The position numbers and the translations under genes were made by a program. From an uncultured bacterium (GTDB lineage: Bacteria; Planctomycetota; UBA1135; GCA-002686595): a stretch of DNA of 64,000 nucleotides. Under the pieces are notes generated by a model. That model was not told where the DNA came from. It did no database searches and saw only the letters and a list, made by a program, of their open reading frames with translations. Each line of letters begins with the position of its first letter. Positions within the stretch are counted from its first letter, which is position 1. This document shows positions 9,585-17,478 of this stretch, one piece after another. Location: assembly GCA_943787795.1 (NCBI GenBank), contig CALSNU010000001.1:512001-576000 (forward strand), in the 5' to 3' direction.

Positions 9585-9827
9585 CCGCCAGCGGAGACCT
9601 CGGATCACCCGAGGGAGTTGGACGCGCGTGGGGGGGCCGGCGCCTCGGACCAGCGCGAGAGGGCCCGCACCCTGGGCGGGGCCCGGCCTCGAGCGCTAGC
9701 CCCGTCAACCGCCGCGTGACCTGCTCCTCTGTACCTCGAACGAGGCCGGGCTGATGGGAGGGTGCCGGAGCGCGACTGGCCCCACCCGCGGCGGCGGAGG
9801 GGGGTCTTCGGGGTCATCGGGGGCGAC

Positions 9828-10997
9828 TCAGGGGCGCGTCGAGAGGAACCTCTCGAGGCGGGTGAGGGCTTCCACGAGGCGCTCCTCGCTCAAGGCGTAG
9901 GAGAGGCGGATGTGTCGCGGCGCTCCGAAGGCGGTGCCGGGCACGGTCGCGAGGGCCTCGGCTTCAAGGAGGTCGGCGCAGAATCCCTCGCTGCCGCGCT
10001 CGTCGAAGCGCTCGTGGAGGTCCGGGAAGGCATAGAACGCGCCCTTGGGCTCGGGGCCCCGAAGTCCCATGCGATCGAGCCCGTCGATGACCACCTGCCG
10101 CCGTCGATCGAAGGTGGCGATCATCTCCTTCACCTCCTCGGGCTCCTCCACGAGGCAGGCCTCGAAGGCGCGCTGGGAGATGTAGTTCGGGCAGCCAGAG
10201 ATCTGGCTCTGCAGGTTGCCCACGGTCCGGGCCAGGTCAGGGGTCGCTGCGAGGTAGCCGATTCGGTATCCCGTCATGGCGAAGATCTTGCTCGCGCCAT
10301 CCACGAGCACGGTGCGCTCCTTCATGGCCGGCGAGATGGAGGTCGGGGAGACGTGCTCCGCGCCGTCGAAGACCAGCCGCCCGTAGATCTCGTCCGAGAT
10401 CATCCACAGGTCGTGCTCCTCGCAGATCGACGCGAGCTGCTCGAGCTCCTCCCTGGTCCAGACGTAGCCAGACGGGTTGCTGGGAGTGTTGAGCATGACC
10501 CCCCGGGTCTTCCCAGTGATCGCCTCGCGGACGGCGTCAAGGTCTGGGGCGCAGGTGCCGTCCGGCCTTGGAGCGGCATGCACCGCCACGCCGCCTGCCA
10601 GCTGAACCTGGGCGTAGTAGCTGCTCCAGGCGGGATCCAGGAGCACGACCTCGTCGCCGGGGTCGACCAGCGCCAGGAGCGTGTGGCTCAGGGCGTGCTT
10701 GGCGCTGTGGCAGATCACGACGTTCTCTGCGCCGAAGGGGACGCCGCGCGTCTGGCTGAGATGCCCGGCCACCGCCTGCCGGAGCGAGGCGAGCCCGGCG
10801 GCGGGCGTGTACTTCACGGCGCCGCCGTCAATCGCTGCGATCGCCGCCTCGCGGGCGAGGCGAGGCGCATCAAAGTCGGGCTCACCGACCGCCATGTTGA
10901 TGACGTCGCGGCCGGCGGCAGCCATCTCCTTGGCGGAGGCGGCGAGGGCGAGGGTGACCGAGCCCTTGAGGCTGGAGACGCGCTGACTCAGTTCCAT
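9828..10997 (-). CDS. aspC: PLP-dependent aminotransferase class I/II (aspartate aminotransferase-like)
   Basis: Start MELSQRV; GEPDF, NTPSNPSG, SDEIY, SKIFAMTGYRIGY (PLP lysine), HIRLSYA. Confidence 0.85.
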   Translation of the reverse strand: MELSQRVSSLKGSVTLALAASAKEMAAAGRDVINMAVGEPDFDAPRLAREAAIAAIDGGAVKYTPAAGLASLRQAVAGHLSQTRGVPFGAENVVICHSAKHALSHTLLALVDPGDEVVLLDPAWSSYYAQVQLAGGVAVHAAPRPDGTCAPDLDAVREAITGKTRGVMLNTPSNPSGYVWTREELEQLASICEEHDLWMISDEIYGRLVFDGAEHVSPTSISPAMKERTVLVDGASKIFAMTGYRIGYLAATPDLARTVGNLQSQISGCPNYISQRAFEACLVEEPEEVKEMIATFDRRRQVVIDGLDRMGLRGPEPKGAFYAFPDLHERFDERGSEGFCADLLEAEALATVPGTAFGAPRHIRLSYALSEERLVEALTRLERFLSTRP

Positions 10998-11153
10998 GGG
11001 GGTCCTGGAGGTGGGAAAGGCCAGATGGTGCCCACCCGGCGGCTGTTCCGGCACGAATCTCGACCTGAAATCGGGGAAGCCAGGGCGGCCCCGGTCGTAG
11101 ATTCTCCATCTGTGCCTAGCCCCGGGTAACCCCTCCGGTAGACCGACACGAAC

Positions 11154-13208
11154 ATGACCCTCAAGAAGCGCCTCATCAAGCTGGGCTGTATCGGCCTGCT
11201 GCTCCTCTCGTTCATCGGCTACTTCGCCTTCTCGACGCTGCTCTTCTCGCCCCTCGAGGGGCGGTTCAACGCAGACGTCGCGGGGCTGATCCCGAGGGAT
11301 GTGGACCTCTACGTGGCGAGAGCCGAGCTCCGGACCGCCTTCACCGACTTTCCCGACCTTGCGGTCATGGAAGAGCTGGAAGGTAACGATGGGTATCAAG
11401 CGCTGGTGACCTCCTCCGAGTGGGCGGACTTCGCGCAGGAGCAGCGGATCGAGGCGCTCCTGGCTGACGTCCGCGGGCAACTCGGACAGCTGCCTGCCGG
11501 GCTCGACCTCCTCGACATCATCGGCGGGGAGGACTTCGCCGTGGCCGCCAATTTCACGGGGCGCTCCTTCGAGGACGCGGAGTGGGCGGCCTATGCGCGG
11601 CTCTCCCTGTGGGGGCGCGGCGCGGTCTCCGGGCTCGAGTATCCGGGGCTGCTCGGGCTCGAAGATCAGGGCATCACCGTTGAAGGGGCTGGGGGCTTGA
11701 AGACGATCAAGTCCGCGCAGCTTCCGCGACCCATCCACGTTGCGCGGATCAAGGATGTCGCGATCATCGGCACCTCCCGTGATCTCGTCGAGCGTGCGGT
11801 CCAGCTCGAGGCGACCGGGTCCAAGGACTCGCTCCTGCTCGCCGCGCCGTACAACGACTCGATCCTGTCTGTGGAGCGCGACGACAAGCAGCGTGACTTC
11901 GAACTGCAGGTTGACCTGCGCGAGCTGCGGGAGTCGTACGGGCTGACCGAGGGGCTCTTGAAGAAGGACGACGAGCGCTTCACGCCGGCGTTCCTCGCGC
12001 GGCTCCTGCCGCTGGACGCCATCCGTCGAGTGCTCGGGGTCGTGGACTTCGAGGAGGGTGTCGACATCGACCTGAGCGGCGACTTCTCCTCGGAGCTGAT
12101 GACGGCGGCCCAGGAGCGGATCTACCGCTTCAAGGGCTTCGACCAGGATGAGGTGCTCGAGGTCGCCCGCTTCGCCCCAGACGACAGCACGCTCTTCGTC
12201 TACATCCGTGGGCCGATCGCGACCATGCTCCAGATGGTGGTGGACTCCCTCGAGCCCGCGGCGCGGAGCAACCTTGAGGGGTCGATCAAGCAGATCGGCG
12301 TCAACAGCATCGCGGACCTGATCGGGATCCTCGATAGCTCGCTCGTTGACCGGGTGGCCTTCATCGCTCGCCCGAATGACTGGGGCTACGAGTCAGACAT
12401 GGAGCTCGACCCCGAGTCAGGTGAGATGGTCTACACCGGGCCACCGAACGACGGGGCGCCGGTCTTCGCCTGGGCCGTCGTCACCTGGATGGCGGACGAG
12501 GCAAAGCTGGTCGACCTGCGTGAGAAGGTCACCGTCGCGGGCTCTCGGATCGGCATTCAGGGGGCGAAGCCTGGTCAGTCCGGGTTCTTCAAGAAGCCCA
12601 TCGGTGGCGGCCTCACGGTACGCGAGTACTGGTCCCAGCTCATCCCGGGGACCGGGCACCTCGCGTCTCTCATGTATGGAGACAACCTGCTCCTCTCGAA
12701 TCGCTACGCGCTCATCGACTCGCTGGTGAGGAATCGCAACGGGCAGTCTGCTGCCGTGCCACGCCTGTCCAACAGCAGGGATTTTCAGGTGGCCCTGATC
12801 GACTCTGTACCCAGCGCCAACGTGCTCGCCTGGCTGAACCCCGCCACGGGCAGCGCGCTGCTAAGAGACCAGGCACGCCTCGACGCAAAGAACCGGATCA
12901 CCCGCTCCATTGACTACGCGACCAAGCGGCGCGAGGTGGAGCGGGACGTCCTGTCGAGGGTCTTCGGTGGTCGGCCGCGCGCGCAGTTGACGGCGGACGA
13001 TATTCGCCGGCTGGACGACCTGGTCGACCAGCAGCTTGTGTCCTTCACCGAGCAGATGGTCGCGTCGAACATGCCGCGGGAGCTGGAGGAGGTCCAGCGC
13101 CTCAAGACCTACCTGGACTCGGTGAGGTCCGTGCTGACGATGATCCGCCTCTCCCCGAAGGACTTCGAGTTGACCATCCGAGCCGACGTACCGATCGACG
13201 GGGAGTGA
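11154..13208 (+). CDS. Membrane-anchored extracytoplasmic hypothetical protein (DUF3352-like architecture)
   Basis: N-terminal TM; two repeats beginning AGLIPRDVDLYV and ARFAPDDSTLFV; 684 aa with coding-like composition. Confidence 0.7.
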   Translation: MTLKKRLIKLGCIGLLLLSFIGYFAFSTLLFSPLEGRFNADVAGLIPRDVDLYVARAELRTAFTDFPDLAVMEELEGNDGYQALVTSSEWADFAQEQRIEALLADVRGQLGQLPAGLDLLDIIGGEDFAVAANFTGRSFEDAEWAAYARLSLWGRGAVSGLEYPGLLGLEDQGITVEGAGGLKTIKSAQLPRPIHVARIKDVAIIGTSRDLVERAVQLEATGSKDSLLLAAPYNDSILSVERDDKQRDFELQVDLRELRESYGLTEGLLKKDDERFTPAFLARLLPLDAIRRVLGVVDFEEGVDIDLSGDFSSELMTAAQERIYRFKGFDQDEVLEVARFAPDDSTLFVYIRGPIATMLQMVVDSLEPAARSNLEGSIKQIGVNSIADLIGILDSSLVDRVAFIARPNDWGYESDMELDPESGEMVYTGPPNDGAPVFAWAVVTWMADEAKLVDLREKVTVAGSRIGIQGAKPGQSGFFKKPIGGGLTVREYWSQLIPGTGHLASLMYGDNLLLSNRYALIDSLVRNRNGQSAAVPRLSNSRDFQVALIDSVPSANVLAWLNPATGSALLRDQARLDAKNRITRSIDYATKRREVERDVLSRVFGGRPRAQLTADDIRRLDDLVDQQLVSFTEQMVASNMPRELEEVQRLKTYLDSVRSVLTMIRLSPKDFELTIRADVPIDGE

Positions 13209-13518
13209 GAGCCCGGTGGGCCCTCGGCCCCGGTGTCCGTTCGTCCTTGGCGCTGGCCTGGAACTCATCGTGCCGGCGACGCGTCGAGCGGAGAGGGGCC
13301 GTGAGCGCGTATTCCTCCGGAGGGCGGGTGCGCCCCTCTGCTCCTCTGAGCCCTCTCGTCCTGGCCGGGAACGACTGGCCGCGCGGCGAAGCCGCCCGGA
13401 GCCCGAGCGCTCCCGGGGGGATGTGACCCACACCGTGCTCCGCTCCTTGCGGACTCCGTCGCTGGGGAGGGGCCGGCGTTGACAGGCGCGGCCTCGATCC
13501 CTTCGCCCCGACCCGGTG

Positions 13519-13662
13519 TTGGATCCCCTGCGTCTTGGATCCCCTGCGTCTTGGATCCACGGCGTCTTGGATCCACTGCGCGGAGGCATACGGCGCGGAG
13601 GCATACGGCGCGGAGGCACACGGCGCGGAGGCACACGGCGCGGAGGCACATCGTGCGGAAGC
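13519..13662. repeat. Two abutting tandem repeats: 16-bp TTGGATCCCCTGCGTC x~4 and 15-bp GCGCGGAGGCA(T/C)ACG x~5.5
   Basis: Units read directly at 13519, 13535, 13551, 13567 and at 13578, 13593, 13608, 13623, 13638; no spacers. Confidence 0.9.
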
Positions 13663-13775
13663 AAGCCCGGGCCCGTCCGCCGAGCCCGTCCGCTTGGCCC
13701 GTCCGCTGGACCGACCTGCCGCCCCTTTGAGGCACAGGGTCCAAGCAAGAAGGCGCGTGAGGCTTCACCTTGCGA

Positions 13776-13791
13776 CCCCTCTCAAGAGGGG
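13776..13791 (-). terminator. Short hairpin just 3' of the tRNA (possible terminator or processing stem)
   Basis: CCCCTC-TCAA-GAGGGG inverted repeat; no strong U tract. Confidence 0.4.
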
Positions 13792-13796
13792 GAAGG

Positions 13797-13883
13797 TGGT
13801 GCCCGGAACTGGAATCGAACCAGCACGGGTATTATCCCACCAGATCCTTAGTCTGGCGCGTCTACCAATTCCGCCACCCGGGC
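13797..13883 (-). tRNA. tRNA-Leu, anticodon AAG
   Basis: GCCCGGGTGGCGGAATTGGTAGACGCG-CCAGA-CTAAGGA-TCTGG-TGGGATAATACCCG-TGCTGGTTCGATTCCAGT-TCCGGGC-A-CCA: long variable arm, A73 discriminator, encoded CCA. Confidence 0.95.
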
Positions 13884-13905
13884 TCCATCACGCGGCGCCG
13901 TGGCG

Positions 13906-13934
13906 AATTGCCGCGGCATCCTTCTGCTTGTCAA
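13906..13934 (-). promoter_or_regulatory. Putative sigma70-type promoter of the tRNA gene
   Basis: Perfect TTGACA at 13934-13929 on the minus strand, with only a weak -10 (GCAATT) 17 nt downstream. Confidence 0.4.
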
Positions 13935-14118
13935 TCCCGGCCAGAGCAGCGCACTGTCCGAGGCTGGGAAGATTAGGGACGAATGCCCCGGTCGGCAACC
14001 GTCAGAACCACTTTTGCGTGTTTGAGGTGAATCGGGGCGCACTAAGATCTTCGCGACCTCGGCCGGCACGTTTCGCTGGAGGGGCGCTCAGAATCCAATC
14101 TACACCCTCTCCTCGACG

Positions 14119-15348
14119 ATGTCCCAACTCCGTGGCCACGCGCTCATCGGTCAATCCGGCGGCCCCACCGCAGTCATCAACCAGAGCCTCGTCGGGCTCG
14201 TAGAGAGCTGCGTTGAGCACCCGGACATCACGGGGGTCTACGGCGCCCTGAACGGGATCCAGGGCATCATCGAGGAGCGCCTGATCGACCTCGGCCGCGA
14301 GTCCCGCGAGGAGCTTGAGCGGGTCGCCATGACGCCTGCTGCGGCCCTCGGCTCCGTCCGCAGGAAGCCGACCGCGGAGGCCTGCCGGCGCGTCCTCGAC
14401 GTGTTCAAGGCCCACGACATCCGGTACTTCTTCTACGTCGGCGGGAACGACTCGGCGGAGACGGCCCACCTTCTCAACGAGGCCGCCCTTGAGATCGGCT
14501 ACGAGGTCCGCCTCTTCCACGTCCCGAAGACCATCGATAACGACCTCGCCGGCTGCGACCACACCCCCGGGTTCGCTTCCGCGGCGCGCTTCGTTGCCCA
14601 GGCATTCATGGGCGATGACCAGGACAACCGAAGCCTGGGCGGGGTGAAGATCAACGTGATCATGGGGCGTCACGCCGGGTGGCTGACTGCTGCGAGCCGG
14701 CTCGCGCGCCGCCACGAGGGAGACGGACCTCACCTGATTTACCTCCCCGAGGGAGTCTTCGATCGGCAGGAGTTCTGCGACCGGGTCGAGGAGATGCTCC
14801 TGAAGCACGGACGCTGCCTGGTGGCCGTCTCCGAGGGCATCCATGACGCCGAGGGCAAGGTCATCGCCAGCGGCACCGAGGTGGACAGCCACGGCAACAT
14901 TCAGCTCTCGGGAACCGGCGCCCTCGGCGACTACCTCTCCGAGCTGGTCAAGGCCAAGGTCTCGGCGGCCAAGCGCGTCAGGGCGGACACGTTCGGCTAC
15001 CTGCAGCGTAGCTTCTTCGGGGTCATCTCCGAGCAGGACGCGCTCGAGGCCCGCGAGGTGGGCCGGGCCGCCGTTCGGGTCGCCACATCGGGCGACTGCC
15101 AGCACGGCTCACTGGCCATCCAGCGCGGGACCAATGAGGGGACGTACGAGCCGCTCTACGTGGTGAACGACCTCTCGGTCGTGGCCGCAGCGACCCGCCA
15201 TGTACCCGAAGAGTTCATCGAAGGTTCAGATGATGTCTCGAGTGCGTTCGTGGAGTGGGCGACGCCGCTGGTCGGCGCGCTCCCCGTGCCCGGGCGCCTC
15301 GCGAGCCACCCGGTCACGCCGAAGACTGGCGCGACTCAGCTCAGCTGA
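14119..15348 (+). CDS. pfp: Pyrophosphate-dependent 6-phosphofructokinase
   Basis: GQSGGPTAVIN, GGNDS (Asp marks PPi specificity), PKTIDND, MGRHAG, FGYLQR. Confidence 0.9.
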   Translation: MSQLRGHALIGQSGGPTAVINQSLVGLVESCVEHPDITGVYGALNGIQGIIEERLIDLGRESREELERVAMTPAAALGSVRRKPTAEACRRVLDVFKAHDIRYFFYVGGNDSAETAHLLNEAALEIGYEVRLFHVPKTIDNDLAGCDHTPGFASAARFVAQAFMGDDQDNRSLGGVKINVIMGRHAGWLTAASRLARRHEGDGPHLIYLPEGVFDRQEFCDRVEEMLLKHGRCLVAVSEGIHDAEGKVIASGTEVDSHGNIQLSGTGALGDYLSELVKAKVSAAKRVRADTFGYLQRSFFGVISEQDALEAREVGRAAVRVATSGDCQHGSLAIQRGTNEGTYEPLYVVNDLSVVAAATRHVPEEFIEGSDDVSSAFVEWATPLVGALPVPGRLASHPVTPKTGATQLS

Positions 15349-15362
15349 GCTCGCGGGCTTCG

Positions 15363-15399
15363 TGCCGAATGCGGAGGCGACGGCCTCGCGCATTCGGCA
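15363..15399. terminator. Strong hairpin after pfp
   Basis: TGCCGAATGCG...CGCATTCGGCA perfect 11-bp arms plus inner GAGGC/GCCTC. Confidence 0.5.
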
Positions 15400-15412
15400 T
15401 ATCATGGGGAGC

Positions 15413-16207
15413 ATGAATCAAGGCAAACTCTCCGTCGGGTGCCTCCTGGCCACGCTCTTCCTGACCACGTTCCTTCTCGCCGGCGCAAGCCTGGGGCAGG
15501 AGCCGGTCGCCAAGTCCGCCCCGGCGGCAGACGCAGCCAAGACGGGGACGCTGACCGGGTCCGTCAAGTTCGAGGGCGAGCTCCCGGAGGTGAAGGAGCT
15601 GGTGGTCTCGGCGAAGTCGGCCAGCGGCTGCTGTCCTCCGGGTGAGGAGGTCGACCGGCAGGATCTCAGCCTTGTGATCGGCGAGGATCGGGGCCTCCAG
15701 GGCGTGCTCGTGACCGTGAAGGTGGACGGCGTGAAGGTGAAGGTCCCTGACAAGCCGTATGAGCTGGATCAGAAGGGCTGTCGCTTCACACCGCACATGC
15801 TCGTCGTGCCGAAGGGGGCGAAGGTGGCCTTCCTGAACTCGGATGAGACGTCCCACAACGTCCACCTGATCACGGTCCTGAACCCCGACCTCAATCAGAC
15901 CGTCCTGGCCGGGAAGCGTCTCGAGCGCACGTACAACGAACCGGAGCGCATCAAGGTCACGTGCGACATGCACACCTGGATGAAGTCCTGGCTCGTCGTC
16001 ACGGACGCCACGCACTGGACCATCACGGACGAGAAGGGCCAGTTCACTCTGGAGGGTCTCCCGCCGGGTGAGCACGAGGTCTCCCTCTGGCATGAGACGC
16101 TCGGCTCGAAGACCATGAAGGCCGTTGTCGGCGAAGACGGCACGGTCGCGCCGCTCGCCGTTCAGATGGCCAAGAAGAAGAAGAAGACTCGTCGCCGCCG
16201 GCGCTGA
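15413..16207 (+). CDS. Secreted cupredoxin-like / carboxypeptidase-regulatory-like domain protein
   Basis: Signal peptide; LDQKGCRFTPH, NSDETSHNVH, CDMHTWM (His/Cys/His/Met type-1 copper-like set); C-terminal KKKKKTRRRRR. Confidence 0.8.
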   Translation: MNQGKLSVGCLLATLFLTTFLLAGASLGQEPVAKSAPAADAAKTGTLTGSVKFEGELPEVKELVVSAKSASGCCPPGEEVDRQDLSLVIGEDRGLQGVLVTVKVDGVKVKVPDKPYELDQKGCRFTPHMLVVPKGAKVAFLNSDETSHNVHLITVLNPDLNQTVLAGKRLERTYNEPERIKVTCDMHTWMKSWLVVTDATHWTITDEKGQFTLEGLPPGEHEVSLWHETLGSKTMKAVVGEDGTVAPLAVQMAKKKKKTRRRRR

Positions 16208-16234
16208 GTCACGCCTGATCCTCGGCCCGAGGAG

Positions 16235-16618
16235 TCAGAGGGTCCCGCCGAGGCCGCCAGGGAGGTCTCCCTCGCCGAGGTCGAAGCCGTCCTGACCGCT
16301 GCCGCTGTTCCCGCCACCATTGGGGTAGCCTCCGCTGTCGGCGTCTCGCGGCTTCCAGGGGGGGCTCCAGGCGTGGACCCGCCGCGCCACGGAGACGAGG
16401 ACCTCGTCGTCGAGCTCAGCCTCCAGGCTCTCGAGCGTGGCGCTTGGATCGCCGCCTGAGCGGCGCGCGAGGTTGCGGTCGATCAGGGTCAACAGCCGCT
16501 GCCGCACCCTCGAGGAGGAGATGACCGCCCTCTGAACCAGCGGCAGAAGCTCACTGGCGCGCGAGGTGGGGAGGCCTCGGCGGCGGCACATTCGGTGCAG
16601 TAGGCGTTCTGCGTCCAT
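16235..16618 (-). CDS. Hypothetical protein
   Basis: Start MDAERLL; helical N-terminal part and Gly/acidic tail; fills the gap between neighbours. Confidence 0.55.
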   Translation of the reverse strand: MDAERLLHRMCRRRGLPTSRASELLPLVQRAVISSSRVRQRLLTLIDRNLARRSGGDPSATLESLEAELDDEVLVSVARRVHAWSPPWKPRDADSGGYPNGGGNSGSGQDGFDLGEGDLPGGLGGTL

Positions 16619-16875
16619 TGGGTGGGGGCCTTCGGGAAGGGGGAGCAGCAGGCGGGAGGGAGGAGGGAGAGGTCGCGGCTCCACGCCTCAGCGCAACGGT
16701 ACCCGGCTCAGGCCGGTGGGGCTTCAGGCCCACATTGGGACTCGCGGCGGCAGCGCAGCCGTGGCTTCAGAGGGGGGCGGAGAGGTGCCGAACTTACCCC
16801 TAGCCGTCCCCACGGCGCCCTCCCCACGCCCTGCCCGTGCAGCGCGTCCTATCTCCCCAGGCCACTCCCCATGGC

Positions 16876-17478
16876 ATGCGTCTCTCGTTCTCCCTCGCCG
16901 TTCTGATCGGAACGGCCGTAGGCCTCTTCGTCAGCGGAGGCGCCGCCGAGCGTTCCCCTGCCGTACAGGCGGGGACCGCCCTGCGCATGGACGTTGAGGA
17001 GGCCTTCGAGCGGTCCGAGTTGGTGTTGGAGGGGCGCGTGATCGGCGCGACCAGCCGTGCGCTGGGTGACGGGGTCGTGTGCACCGATTACGAGCTGGAC
17101 GTCAGCCGGACGTTCTGGGGAGACGATCAGCCGTCGAGGATCATCAGTCTGCCTGGCGGCGTTCTCCCGACGGGTGAGGGCATGCTCATCCCCGGCCTGC
17201 CCGGGCTGGTGGAGGGCGAAGATCTCCTTCTCCTGCTCGGGGACCGCGCCGCAAACGGCCTCCGAATGCCGACGGGGCTGGGGCAAGGCAAGTACCGCCT
17301 CGTCAGAGAGGCAGACGGGGATCGCCTCGCGGTCCGGACCGCAGAGGATCTCGTCCTTGTCTCGCGGGGCCGGGCGCGGAAGGTCAACGGGCGCGACGTC
17401 ATCGACTACGCCGAGCTCGTGGGACGAATCGAGTCCGCCGCCCAGCTGCGCGCTGCGACGACGGGAGGAGGGCGGTGA
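16876..17478 (+). CDS. Secreted hypothetical protein, propeptide/OB-fold-like partner of the downstream metalloprotease
   Basis: Signal peptide; SELVLEGRV, LPGG...IPGLPGLVEGEDLLLLL, GLGQGKY; GTGA overlap with the next gene. Confidence 0.75.
   Translation: MRLSFSLAVLIGTAVGLFVSGGAAERSPAVQAGTALRMDVEEAFERSELVLEGRVIGATSRALGDGVVCTDYELDVSRTFWGDDQPSRIISLPGGVLPTGEGMLIPGLPGLVEGEDLLLLLGDRAANGLRMPTGLGQGKYRLVREADGDRLAVRTAEDLVLVSRGRARKVNGRDVIDYAELVGRIESAAQLRAATTGGGR

Noticed and set aside
9585..9827. Hairpin-rich gap between convergent genes as an ncRNA
   Set aside because: The stems are short and GC-only as expected by chance at this composition; no SRP, RNase P, tmRNA or 6S signature recognised
13519..13662. 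Possible CRISPR array
   Set aside because: Units are 15-16 bp and directly adjacent with no unique spacers, and there are no cas genes in the window
13797..13883. tRNA as attachment site of an integrated element
   Set aside because: No integrase and no duplicated tRNA 3' end seen in the window
13535..14203. ORFs with AEAYG/RRHTA/CLRAV peptide repeats
   Set aside because: They are translations of the DNA tandem repeat in several frames; the longest runs through the tRNA gene and into pfp
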